Origin: an uncultured delta proteobacterium | Lineage (GTDB): Bacteria; Myxococcota_A; Polyangia; Polyangiales; Polyangiaceae | Length of the DNA: 64,000 bases | NCBI GenBank assembly: GCA_963716725.1 | Contig: CAVQUB010000013.1 | Span: forward strand, 224,001 to 288,000 | Reading direction: 5' to 3' | Shown: piece by piece, positions 40,007 through 49,422 of the stretch | Layout: each line of letters opens with the position of its first letter | Numbering within the stretch: position 1 is the first letter of the stretch | Notes under the pieces: generated by a model | What the model was told of the DNA's origin: nothing | Database searches by the model: none | The model's input: the letters and a program-made list of their open reading frames with translations, nothing else | Made by a program: the position numbers and the translations under genes

Positions 40007-40082
40007 GGCTCATTGAACGGGCAGCGACGCCCCCCGCGCCTCCTCCGGGAGTCGCGGCGACCTCCAAGAAGGAGCAATTCCC

Positions 40083-40913
40083 ATGGCCGTAAATATTCAG
40101 ACCAACGTAGCCTCACTCGAAGCTCAGAAGAACGTCTCTCGCAACCAGCGGGCCCTGCAGTCGAGCTTTGCCAAGCTCTCCAGCGGGTTTCGCGTCAACA
40201 ACGCCTCCGACGACGCCGCCGGCCTCGCCATCAGCGAGAGCATGAAGTCGCAGATTCGGTCCTACACGGTGGCCGAACGCAACGCAGGCGACGCTGTCAG
40301 CATGGCGCAGACGGCCGAAGGCGCCCTCGGCGAGGTCCACGAGATCCTCGGCCGCATGCGCGAACTGGCGATGCAGTCGTCCAACGGCGGCCTGACGTCG
40401 ACGGATCGCGGCTACATCAACACCGAGTTCGGCTCCCTCCAGGCGGAAGTCACTCGCATCCAGGGCTCGGCGAAGTTCAACGGCAACAAGCTGGTGAACG
40501 CGACCGCGAGCACGGTCACCTTCCAGGTCGGCCTCAACAACACCGCCTCGGACAAGATCTCGGTCACCTTCGGCGGAGTCGGCTTCACCACGCTGCTCGC
40601 CTCCACCACGGTGCTCTCCGGCGCCGGGGCCACTGCGTCACTCACGGCCCTCGGCCGCATCGACAGCGCCATCGCGACCACCTCGGGAGCGCGCTCGAAG
40701 TTCGGCTCCGCGATGAACCGTCTGCAGGTGGCGACCAACAACATCCAGACCATGCGACTCAACCTCAGCGGAGCGAACTCGCGCATCCGAGACGTCGACG
40801 TCGCCGACGAGACCTCGAAGATGTCCCGCAACCAGGTCCTGTCCCAAGCAGGCATCTCGGTCCTCGCTCAGGCGAACCAACTGCCGCAGCTGGCCTTCGG
40901 CCTCATCGGCTGA
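40083..40913 (+). CDS. fliC: Flagellin 2 (276 aa)
   Basis: KLSSGFRVNNASDDAAGLAISE, NSRIRDVDVADE. Confidence 0.97.
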   Translation: MAVNIQTNVASLEAQKNVSRNQRALQSSFAKLSSGFRVNNASDDAAGLAISESMKSQIRSYTVAERNAGDAVSMAQTAEGALGEVHEILGRMRELAMQSSNGGLTSTDRGYINTEFGSLQAEVTRIQGSAKFNGNKLVNATASTVTFQVGLNNTASDKISVTFGGVGFTTLLASTTVLSGAGATASLTALGRIDSAIATTSGARSKFGSAMNRLQVATNNIQTMRLNLSGANSRIRDVDVADETSKMSRNQVLSQAGISVLAQANQLPQLAFGLIG

Positions 40914-40923
40914 CGGCTGAACG

Positions 40924-40976
40924 CGGGGCGCGCCGGCTCGGACCTCCGTCCAGGGTCTGCGCGCCCCGAGTCTTTT
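40924..40976 (+). terminator. Hairpin and T-tract between flagellin 2 and fliD
   Basis: CGGGGCGCGC (40924-33) pairs with GCGCGCCCCG (40959-68), with inner stems, followed by AGTCTTTT. Confidence 0.65.
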
Positions 40977-40986
40977 AGGAGGCGAC

Positions 40987-42321
40987 ATGGCTGGCACGAT
41001 CTCGTTCGGCGGAATCGGATCCGGGCTCGACACCGAGGGCATCGTCCAGGGCCTGGTGTCGGCGAGCAGCGCTGGGCTCAGCTCGCTCAAGAGCCGTGCC
41101 GCGGCGACCCGGTCCGCTGTCTCCACCCTGTCCGAGGTCGGAAGTCTCCTCGGCAAGCTGAAGTCTGCGCTCGGTGCGTTGTCGGACGACAGCGGCGTCA
41201 AGAGCTACAAAGCGTCCTCCAGCAGCTCCGCCCTGGTCGCTTCCGCGAGCTCGGCGGCCCAGACGGGCGCTTGGTCCGTCCAAGTACAGCAACTCGCCAA
41301 AGAGCAGCGGAGCTATTCGTCCGCCTTCTCGAGCTCGAGCGCTGCCCTCGGTCAGTCGGGGACCTTGAGCCTTCAGGTGGGGTCGGGAGACGTGAAGAAC
41401 ATCTCCATTGCGGCCGATGACACCCTCGACTCCCTGGTCACGAAGATCGGCGCCTCGGGCGCCCGCGTCAGCGCGGCCGTGCTCTTCGATGGCACCGACT
41501 ATCGCCTGCAAGTCAGAGGACTGGACACTGGCGCCGACAACGCGCTGACGTTCTCCGAAACCGGGACGAGCTTCGGGCTGACCTTGCCCGGAAGCGTGGT
41601 TCAGGCCGCGCAGAACTCTCAGGTGGTGATCGACGGCTTCACCATCAGCCGGCCGTCGAATCAGGTGGCGGGAGCCCTGCCGGGCGTGACGCTCAATCTG
41701 ACCCAGACGACCACCGAGCCGGTGACGGTGAACGTGGACGCTGACTCCGCGGCGCTCAAGACCAAGCTCGAGAGCTTCGTCAGCGCCTACAACGCGGTAG
41801 TGAGCAAGGTCCACCAGAGCGCCGGCTTCGGGACGATCAAGGCTCAGAACCCGGTGCTGGCGGCTGACTCGTTGCTGCGCAACATCACCGGGCAGCTCGG
41901 GAACGCCGTCTTGAACGCCGTGGCCGATTCGGGCACGCACGGCACCTTGTCAGCGCTCGGCGTGAGCGTGACCAAAGACGGCTCGCTCACGCTCGACTCT
42001 ACCAAGCTCGACAAGGCGCTGGCGAGCGACGCGGCCAGCGTGGTCAAGGTCTTGGCCGGTGTGTCCGGCGACGACGGCGCAATGGATGTTCTGTCCGGGG
42101 TAGTCGACTCCTTCAACCAGACCGGCTCGGGGCTGCTCGCCACCAAGAAAGAGACCCTGGAGCAGCGCGCGAAGACCATCGATTCCCGCGTGGATCGGGA
42201 GCAGCAACACCTGGACTGGTACGCAGAGATGCTCCGCCGTCAGTTCTCGGTCATGGACGGCAGCGTCGCAGGCTCGAACGCCCAAACCGACTACTTGACC
42301 GCCATCATGAAGCTCAAGTGA
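40987..42321 (+). CDS. fliD: Filament cap protein FliD
   Basis: GIGSGLDTEGIV, VQQLAK, SNQVAGALPGVTLNL, FVSAYN, QFSVMD. Confidence 0.95.
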   Translation: MAGTISFGGIGSGLDTEGIVQGLVSASSAGLSSLKSRAAATRSAVSTLSEVGSLLGKLKSALGALSDDSGVKSYKASSSSSALVASASSAAQTGAWSVQVQQLAKEQRSYSSAFSSSSAALGQSGTLSLQVGSGDVKNISIAADDTLDSLVTKIGASGARVSAAVLFDGTDYRLQVRGLDTGADNALTFSETGTSFGLTLPGSVVQAAQNSQVVIDGFTISRPSNQVAGALPGVTLNLTQTTTEPVTVNVDADSAALKTKLESFVSAYNAVVSKVHQSAGFGTIKAQNPVLAADSLLRNITGQLGNAVLNAVADSGTHGTLSALGVSVTKDGSLTLDSTKLDKALASDAASVVKVLAGVSGDDGAMDVLSGVVDSFNQTGSGLLATKKETLEQRAKTIDSRVDREQQHLDWYAEMLRRQFSVMDGSVAGSNAQTDYLTAIMKLK

Positions 42322-42340
42322 CACGCAGAAGGAGTCGAAG

Positions 42341-42739
42341 ATGCACCCCGCCGCCGTTCGCTATCAGCAGGTCCGCGCCACGACCTCGAGCCCGGGCGAA
42401 ATCCTGATCGCGCTCTACGACGGGCTGTTCCGCTTTCTCAAAGGAGCGCGCCTCCAGCTGGAGCGCGGGGAGCGCGCTCGCGCTGCCGAGCTCTTGTCGA
42501 AGTCCTACGCCATCGTCAGCGAACTCTACATCGCCCTCGACCACTCGGTGCATCCCGAGTTGTGCGCGAATCTGGAGGGGCTCTACGGCTTCGCGATGGA
42601 CCGAATCACGCAAGCGAGCCGGCAGGGCTCCGTCGACTGCATCGACGAAGTGGTGCGCGTGCTGACGCCAATGCGCGATGCATGGCGGCTCGCGGTCCCC
42701 AAGGCAGTACTGGACGCGGCGAAGGATGGGGGAGAGTAG
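42341..42739 (+). CDS. fliS: Flagellin chaperone FliS
   Basis: TSSPGEILIALYDG, ELCANLEGLY, MRDAW. Confidence 0.95.
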   Translation: MHPAAVRYQQVRATTSSPGEILIALYDGLFRFLKGARLQLERGERARAAELLSKSYAIVSELYIALDHSVHPELCANLEGLYGFAMDRITQASRQGSVDCIDEVVRVLTPMRDAWRLAVPKAVLDAAKDGGE

Positions 42740-42741
42740 TG

Positions 42742-44079
42742 ATGTCGGCCAGTGTATCGCGAGTCAGCAGCGCGCCTCTCGACGGGGTGTTGCCGCCCAG
42801 GTACGTGGCAGGCGGTAGTCGCTCGGAGGTCTTCGCCCACTTCCCGTCGGGTCTCATCGTCCGCGCTGGGCGCGGCCGCGCGCGGACCTACCCCGGGCTG
42901 CGCGGGGCGGCCCCGCCGACCACGGTGTTTTATGGGATCGCATGCCAGCTTCCCGACGTCGAAAGCGTATTGGACCTGGGCTGTGGCTCCGGGGACGGGA
43001 CGCGCCGGCTGTGCGCTAGATTCCCTTCCGTCACGGGCCTCGACTCGAGCGCGGAGGCGTTGGTCTTCGCTCGCGAATGGTGCCCGCGGGCCCACTTCGC
43101 TCAGGCCGACGCCACCGGGGCGCTCGATGCACCGCTCTTCGATGCAGCCGTCGTCGCCGATCTGCTGGGGCATTTGAGAGATCCCGAGGGCGCACTCCGC
43201 GGCCTGCGCAATCGACTCGCTCCCCAAGGACGACTGTTGGTGGCCGAGCCTCGGGCCATTCCCCTCCAACGGCTCGCCAGTCCGGCACGCCGCGCCCACT
43301 CTCTGCGGTCGCTCGAAGCACTGCTGGTCCGAGGGGGATTCGCCGTGCGCGACTGGATCTCCAAACGAGGCAGCTTCGTTGCTTGCATCGCCGAACCCGA
43401 CACGAGCGCTGGCGCCACAGCGCTGCTCTCGGGCCTGGATGCGCTCGCGGCGGGCGACGCCGCCGCCGCGCGCTCCGCCTTCGCGAGCGCCACCGAATAC
43501 GGCTCACGAGCCATCGCTTGCGAGGCGCTGCTGGCCAGCGCCCGAGCCGCGCTGGCCCTGGGCGAGGGCGACGTGGCTGCGCAGGCTTTGATGGCGGCGG
43601 CAGCGCTCGACAACGCCGACGCCCGGCCGCTGGCGGGACTGGCGGAACTGTCATTTTTGACCAACGACCTGCCGACGGCCCTTCGTCTCGGTCTCGATGC
43701 CGTGCAGCTGGAGGCTACCGAGCCCACCGCCGCGCGGGTCGCCGCGTTCGCCGCGCTCGCGCTCGACCATCGCGACGCGATGAGCGCCATCCGGGTCGCA
43801 AACAACTTGGCGCCGGACGACTTCGACGTGGCTCGCGCGCTCTCGGAGGCCGCGGCCTGCCTGGGCGATGGCGGCCCAGGGGTGGCGGCGCTGGAGCGAG
43901 TACGTTCCTATGGAGACGACGTCGGCGCCGCGTTGCATGTCGAGCTGGCCAGGGCGCTGTTTGCCCAAGGCCGGCGCGCCGATGCCGAGCTCGAGGCCCG
44001 ACTTGCGCGCGCGCGCCACCCCGACGACCCCGAGGTGATCGAGCTGTGGAACTCGCTCCCGGGTCGAGTCGCGCACTGA
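42742..44079 (+). CDS. Class I SAM methyltransferase with TPR-like C-terminus
   Basis: VLDLGCGSG, GLDSS, LGHLRDP, LAPQGRL, then Ala-rich helical repeats. Confidence 0.75.
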   Translation: MSASVSRVSSAPLDGVLPPRYVAGGSRSEVFAHFPSGLIVRAGRGRARTYPGLRGAAPPTTVFYGIACQLPDVESVLDLGCGSGDGTRRLCARFPSVTGLDSSAEALVFAREWCPRAHFAQADATGALDAPLFDAAVVADLLGHLRDPEGALRGLRNRLAPQGRLLVAEPRAIPLQRLASPARRAHSLRSLEALLVRGGFAVRDWISKRGSFVACIAEPDTSAGATALLSGLDALAAGDAAAARSAFASATEYGSRAIACEALLASARAALALGEGDVAAQALMAAAALDNADARPLAGLAELSFLTNDLPTALRLGLDAVQLEATEPTAARVAAFAALALDHRDAMSAIRVANNLAPDDFDVARALSEAAACLGDGGPGVAALERVRSYGDDVGAALHVELARALFAQGRRADAELEARLARARHPDDPEVIELWNSLPGRVAH

Positions 44080-44164
44080 GTTCAGTCGACGCGCCGCCGG
44101 CGGGCGAGGGCGCCCCAGGGCCGCGCATGCACGGCAGGTCGCGCTCGACGAGCCACGCGGCCAC

Positions 44165-45679
44165 TCACGCCACGCACTGCTCGGTCAGCTCGCTGGGCCT
44201 GGGCGCCTCGGATCGCTCGACTTCGACCCGGTTCCTCCCGCCGCGCTTCGCGACATAGAGTGCGGAGTCAGCTCGATTGAAGAGCTCCGACGAGTCAGGC
44301 GGCCCTGCCATGGTGACGGCCACGCCGAAACTGGCGGTGACCGGCAAGGAGGTGCCGTCCTCCAACACGACGGGAGCGGCAGCGATGGCGTTGCGCAAGC
44401 GCTCGGCGACGACGCGCGCGCCCTCGATTTCCGTCACCGGCAGGAGCACGACGAACTCCTCGCCGCCGTAGCGGGCCGGCATGTCACCGGCTCGGAGCGC
44501 GCCGCGCAGCCTTTGCGCCACCGCGCGCAGGGTCTCGTCGCCCGCGGCGTGCCCGTAGGTGTCGTTGACGCGCTTGAAGAGGTCGATGTCCACCATGATC
44601 AGCGAAACGGGCGTCTTTGCGCGGACCGAGCGCGCGAGCTCGCGGGCCAACGCCTCGCGAAACGCTCGATTGTTGGGCAACTCTGTCAGCGAATCCGTGG
44701 CGGCCGCCGCCGAGAGCCGCGCGTTGGCGGACCGCAGCTCGTCGGCCACCAGCTCTTTCTCCGCCATGACCTGCTCGAGTCTGCGCAGGACCGACTCGTA
44801 CTCCAGATTCAGATTGACCAATGCCTGATGCGCGCCTGCGGCCAGCTCCCCGATGCTGCGCTGCGGCTCCAGCTCGCGGTCCAGGAGCGAAGCCGCAGCC
44901 ACAAACTCGACCGGAAAACCCGCTACCAGGTTCCCCGCTTCTTGCCGGTTCAGTCCTACGAGCTCGAGACAAGCCAGGGCGTCATCAGTTGTGGCCCCGT
45001 GAGACTCGAAGACGCCCGCCAAACGTTCGGCGGCCCACGCGATTCGTCCCAGGGGGCTGTCGGGCGGCTCCGGAACATGGTGCATCCGGATCGCGTCCAC
45101 GACGTCGTCGGAGAGTCGAAACGATGACGCGAACTCCGCGCCGACCTCTGGGTGCGGTCGGATGCCGTCGGCTCGCTCCAGGAGCGGCCGGTGGTGAGCG
45201 GGTCGCCGCGCCAGCTCGAGGGCACCTTGAAAGTCTTCCCGGGCGCGCACCAGTAGCCCCACCTCCAAGAACAACCCTAGGGTGAAGGCCGCGTCCGGAT
45301 CACAGAGCCGCGTCGCGCGCGCCACGCACCGAGCCGCCGCCGCCCGTCGGATGCAGTTCGCGAGGAGCACCACGCCGTCGGCAGTTGGGACCATGTCGGA
45401 GAGCGCGAGGCTGAGCCCCAGGTTGCGCAGGCTCCGAATCCCGATCAGGCTCACTGCCTGGCGAACGTCCGTGACGCGGCGCGACAGCCCAAACGCGGCG
45501 CTGTTCACGCAGGTCAAGAGCTTCGCGGCGAAGGCCGGATCGCTCTGGGCGAGGGACGAGAGCTTCGACACCTCGACGTCCGGCTTGATCGACTCCTCCA
45601 CGATTTGCGCCGCGATCAGCGCGATGGGACCGGAGGCTGGCTGGCTGTTGGTCGACACCCTCTTTTCCCGCCTTCCCAA
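44165..45679 (-). CDS. HDOD-GGDEF diguanylate cyclase
   Basis: DPAFAAKLLTCVNSA (HDOD), coiled coil, TDSLTELPN, RAGD I-site, RYGGEEF. Confidence 0.9.
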   Translation of the reverse strand: MGRREKRVSTNSQPASGPIALIAAQIVEESIKPDVEVSKLSSLAQSDPAFAAKLLTCVNSAAFGLSRRVTDVRQAVSLIGIRSLRNLGLSLALSDMVPTADGVVLLANCIRRAAAARCVARATRLCDPDAAFTLGLFLEVGLLVRAREDFQGALELARRPAHHRPLLERADGIRPHPEVGAEFASSFRLSDDVVDAIRMHHVPEPPDSPLGRIAWAAERLAGVFESHGATTDDALACLELVGLNRQEAGNLVAGFPVEFVAAASLLDRELEPQRSIGELAAGAHQALVNLNLEYESVLRRLEQVMAEKELVADELRSANARLSAAAATDSLTELPNNRAFREALARELARSVRAKTPVSLIMVDIDLFKRVNDTYGHAAGDETLRAVAQRLRGALRAGDMPARYGGEEFVVLLPVTEIEGARVVAERLRNAIAAAPVVLEDGTSLPVTASFGVAVTMAGPPDSSELFNRADSALYVAKRGGRNRVEVERSEAPRPSELTEQCVA

Positions 45680-45691
45680 GCCCGAACGGCA

Positions 45692-46504
45692 CTAGCGGGC
45701 CGAGCTTGAGGCCGGCGCTGTCGCAGGCCCGCCGTCCGGACGCTCCGGCTCCTCCGAGGTCGCCGCGATCAGAACCACATCCACCCGGCGATTCTGCGCC
45801 CGCCCCTCCGACGAGTCGTTGGCCGCGACCGGGCGGAACTCGCCGTAGCCCGCCGCCGCGAACCGCTCGGGCGCCATCTTACACGCCTCGACGAAGTAAC
45901 GAACGACCGAAGTCGACCGCCCCGCCGACAGCTCCCAGTTGGATTGGTACCGGATGTTCTTGATCGGCACGTTGTCGGTGTGCCCCTCCACGCGGAGCTC
46001 GAGTTCGCGGCCCTTGAGGGCGTCGGCGATGCCCGAAAGCGCGGCCTGGCCGTCGTCGTTCACTCGAGTATCTCCACTCTCGAAGAGCAGCTGCTCGGGA
46101 AGCCGCAGCACCAGCTCGTCCCGATACTCGATGACCTGCAGGTCTCGCAGCTCCGGCACGGACTTGAATTTCTCTCTCAGCTCTCGGCCCAGCGGGGACT
46201 CGTCGACGCGAACACGCGAGTTGTGTCCGAGCACCGCCTTGCCCACCGGCTTGACGCTCTGTCCCACCAGCGGCTGGATGCGCTTGTCCGCTGGCATGAA
46301 CCCCTTTCCTCCCTTGGCGTCGAAGACCTGCCACTCCAGGGCGTCGGTGAACGACTCGGTGAAGCGCCCGACCTGCTTGGTGTCCACCTGGGACACCGCG
46401 AACATGACCACGAAGAACGCGAAGAGCAGGGTGATGAAGTCTGCGTAGCTGATCAGCCAGCGCTCGTGATTGACGTGCTCCGGCGGCTTCTTTTTGCGAG
46501 CCAT
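45692..46504 (-). CDS. motB: Stator protein MotB
   Basis: ERWLISYADFITLLFAFFVVMFA, VEGHTD, SNWELSAGR, NRRV. Confidence 0.95.
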   Translation of the reverse strand: MARKKKPPEHVNHERWLISYADFITLLFAFFVVMFAVSQVDTKQVGRFTESFTDALEWQVFDAKGGKGFMPADKRIQPLVGQSVKPVGKAVLGHNSRVRVDESPLGRELREKFKSVPELRDLQVIEYRDELVLRLPEQLLFESGDTRVNDDGQAALSGIADALKGRELELRVEGHTDNVPIKNIRYQSNWELSAGRSTSVVRYFVEACKMAPERFAAAGYGEFRPVAANDSSEGRAQNRRVDVVLIAATSEEPERPDGGPATAPASSSAR

Positions 46505-46514
46505 GGCCGCCCGC

Positions 46515-47324
46515 TCAAGCCGCCACGCTCTTCGGCGCGGCCCCGGCGGGAGCGCCGTCTTTGCCCTTGGCGCTGGGGCCCTCGTGGGGCACGAGGCCTT
46601 CCAGGCGCTCGCGCAGCACCATTGGGTTCACTCCTTGCTGGATACCGAGTGCACCCTCCAACATCAGGGTCAGGGTCTGAACATGATCGCGGGTCCGGAT
46701 CTTCATCTTGCCGCCGCAAGGGAGCGCGATGATGTTCGCGATGGCAACGCCGTAGATGGTCGCGACGAAGGCCGTCGCGATGCCATGTCCGACCTTCTCG
46801 ATGTCCGACAGGTTCTGCATCACCTGGATCAGACCGAGCACGGCGCCGATGATGCCAACCGTCGGGGCGTAGCCGCCAATGGCTTCGAACACCTTCGCCA
46901 CGTCCTCGCCTTGTTCCTCGGCATGGTCAATGGTGGATTCCAGGGTCTGCGTCATCTGATTGCTGTCGGCGCCGTCGACCGCCAGCATCAGCGCTCGCGC
47001 CAAGAAGGGATCGGACGCGTTTGGTGCCACCGACTCGAGCGCCAGGATCCCGTCGCGACGCGCGGTGGTCGCGTAGCCCACGATCTCCTCGATCAGCTCC
47101 TTGGCTCGGCTCTTGGGAGGGTTGATCACGAGCTTGAAGCTCTTCATCGCCCGCACGAAGGTGCCCATGGGGAACTGAAGCATGGTCGCACCGATGGTCC
47201 CACCAGCGACGATGCCGAACGCGATGGGGTTGAGAACCTGCGACATCTTGCCGCCTTCGAGCACGTTTCCGCCGAAGATGGCCAGCAAGCCCAACGCCAG
47301 TCCAAATATTGAGGCCTTGTCCAT
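46515..47324 (-). CDS. motA: Stator protein MotA
   Basis: ARRDGILALE, GGYAPTVGIIGAVLGLI, AFVATIYG. Confidence 0.95.
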   Translation of the reverse strand: MDKASIFGLALGLLAIFGGNVLEGGKMSQVLNPIAFGIVAGGTIGATMLQFPMGTFVRAMKSFKLVINPPKSRAKELIEEIVGYATTARRDGILALESVAPNASDPFLARALMLAVDGADSNQMTQTLESTIDHAEEQGEDVAKVFEAIGGYAPTVGIIGAVLGLIQVMQNLSDIEKVGHGIATAFVATIYGVAIANIIALPCGGKMKIRTRDHVQTLTLMLEGALGIQQGVNPMVLRERLEGLVPHEGPSAKGKDGAPAGAAPKSVAA

Positions 47325-47325
47325 C

Positions 47326-47586
47326 TCACTCCTCGTCGTCTTTGCACTCGTCGAGCTGCTGGGTGACCTGTCTCGAAGGAGGGTGCGCGCTCCCCGGCCC
47401 TAGCGGTTGATGCACGGATCGACGGAAGTTCACGACCCTCGCCATCACCTCGTCGAGGGACTCCCGCACCATGATCCGATCCCCGTTCAAGAATTCCATA
47501 GTCGTATCCGGCGTCACCTCGATCCAGGTCACGAGGTCCGGGTTGATGGCGATCACGCCGCCATTGAGCCTTGTCAGTTGGATCAT
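47326..47586 (-). CDS. flbD: FlbD (SwrD/YlzI) family flagellar protein
   Basis: MIQLTRLNG...INPDLV..IEVTPDT...NGDRIMVRES. Confidence 0.9.
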   Translation of the reverse strand: MIQLTRLNGGVIAINPDLVTWIEVTPDTTMEFLNGDRIMVRESLDEVMARVVNFRRSVHQPLGPGSAHPPSRQVTQQLDECKDDEE

Positions 47587-48677
47587 GCTTCGGGTTTCCG
47601 GGTGAGCTCGGCCTCTACGACCTCGCAGATCGCGTGCCAGCTCAGAATGTGCAGCTCCTGGATGCGCGGCGTCGATGTCGACGGCGCGCGAAACCGGAGT
47701 TCGGCGACGTCGGCGACTCGACCGCCACTGGCGCCGGTGAACGCCACGGGGATCGCCCCGATCTCCCGGGCTGCCTCCAGTGCGCGCACGACGTTCTTGG
47801 ATTGTCCGCTGGTGCTGATGCCAACCACGACGTCACCCGGACGTCCGAGTCCACGCACCTGCCGCGCGAAGACCTCGTCGAAGCTCCAATCGTTGCCGAT
47901 GGCGGTCAAGATGGACGAATCGGTGGTGAGCGCGACGGCCGGCCACGGCTCGCGCTCACGCGAGAACCGTCCCACCAACTCGGCGGCCACGTGCTGGGCG
48001 TCCGCTGCGCTCCCGCCGTTGCCGCAGAACATCGCCTTTTTCCCGGTTGAGATAGCCCGAACCAGGACCCGCGCTATTTCGCACAGCGTCGGGGTCGCTT
48101 CTTCGAGCATGCGCTGGTGCGCTTCGAGGCTCTCGCCCAAGGCCGCAGCGATGCCCCGACTGCGCTCGATGAGGTCGGCGTCACGGCCGACGATGCGCAG
48201 GACAATCTCGACCGCCTCCGCCACGGCGCCCGAACCGCCAGAGCGCGTGAGAACGCGATCCGCTCGCTCTCTCGCCTGACGAGAGGCATCGGCGGGGGCC
48301 AATGCGAGCCCTACGCTCGCGAACGCGGCTGCATCGCGGTCGGCGTCCCCGACGAAACACACGGTGTCGAGTTCGGCGTGCATGTCCCGCGCGAGCTGGC
48401 GCAGCGCCGCAGCCTTGTCCTTGGCGCCGCGGATGACTCGCTCCGCGCCGGTTCGCTGCGCGATGACATCGACCAGCGGGCCCTCCTCGCCGGTCACCAG
48501 TGCGATCCGAAGCCCGGCCCGGCGGGCCGCCGTGAGCGCATCGAGATCGCGGAACGCGATTCCCTTGCTCTCTTCCCCACCCGGCCCCAGCTCGACGCGC
48601 CCGTCGGTGAGCACGCCATCCACGTCCAGCGCCAGCACTTCCAATACGGACTGGGAAATCATGGTTTTTCCAATCAA
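47583..48677 (-). CDS. KdsC-like HAD phosphatase fused to GmhA-type phosphoheptose isomerase
   Basis: N-terminal LDVDGVLTDG, VTG, FVGDADRD, GGSGAVAE. C-terminal CGNGGSAADAQH, TAIGND, ISTSG, RIQELH. Confidence 0.9.
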   Translation of the reverse strand: MIGKTMISQSVLEVLALDVDGVLTDGRVELGPGGEESKGIAFRDLDALTAARRAGLRIALVTGEEGPLVDVIAQRTGAERVIRGAKDKAAALRQLARDMHAELDTVCFVGDADRDAAAFASVGLALAPADASRQARERADRVLTRSGGSGAVAEAVEIVLRIVGRDADLIERSRGIAAALGESLEAHQRMLEEATPTLCEIARVLVRAISTGKKAMFCGNGGSAADAQHVAAELVGRFSREREPWPAVALTTDSSILTAIGNDWSFDEVFARQVRGLGRPGDVVVGISTSGQSKNVVRALEAAREIGAIPVAFTGASGGRVADVAELRFRAPSTSTPRIQELHILSWHAICEVVEAELTRKPEA

Positions 48678-49417
48678 GCCGGGCGCCGCAGTCGCGACAC
48701 AGGCGCCTGAGGCCTCCGCGAATTTGTCAGTGCACGCTCGAGCGACGGGATCTGATCGGGGTAATCCAAGTCGAGCACGCGTTCGAAGATGACGAAGGGG
48801 AGGATGAGCGCGCCGTTCATCGAGTCCTGCTCGAGCACCCGCGGTCGGAGCACGTCCACGTAGCCATTTCCGCGGTACACGGGCGGCAGCTGTTGGCGCG
48901 GCATGTTGTGGGCCTCCGGCAGGCCGGAGACCGCCAGAACTGGGCGTAGCCTGCCGCCGTCGATGCAGTACATCTTGTAGGGGGTGTGCTCGGCGAGCTC
49001 GACCGACCGTAGTGAGTCGGCCTCGGGGTGCTTGATCATCTCGTCGATACCCCTATCGACCACGGCAGCCTCACGCGCGGGCTGGGTCGGGCGCAGGTGA
49101 ACGACCAAGTCGGGTTGATAGCCCTCAGCCGCGAGCCAACCCAGCGCGTGGCGGAAGACCTGCAAATCGGTTGCCTCGTCGGTAGCGTGCTCGGCCGGTC
49201 GGCGAAACGGCACCTCTGCGCCGGCCTTGGTGGCAACGTCGGCGATCTCCGGATCGTCCGTCGAGACGATGGTGCGGGTGATCCGGCGCGACGCCAGTGC
49301 CGTCTCAATCGTGTGCACGATCAGCGCTTTGCCAGCGATCGGCAGCAGGTTCTTGCGGGGGATCCCCTTGGAGCCTCCGCGGGCGGGGATCAGCGCCAAT
49401 ACCTCGAGCGAGGTCAT
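48674..49417 (-). CDS. CMP-ulosonic acid synthetase (NeuA/PseF-like cytidylyltransferase)
   Basis: IPARGGSKGIPRKN, VSTDD, AEVPFRRP, LRPTQP, RQQLP. Confidence 0.92.
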   Translation of the reverse strand: MTSLEVLALIPARGGSKGIPRKNLLPIAGKALIVHTIETALASRRITRTIVSTDDPEIADVATKAGAEVPFRRPAEHATDEATDLQVFRHALGWLAAEGYQPDLVVHLRPTQPAREAAVVDRGIDEMIKHPEADSLRSVELAEHTPYKMYCIDGGRLRPVLAVSGLPEAHNMPRQQLPPVYRGNGYVDVLRPRVLEQDSMNGALILPFVIFERVLDLDYPDQIPSLERALTNSRRPQAPVSRLRRPA

Positions 49418-49422
49418 CTTCC

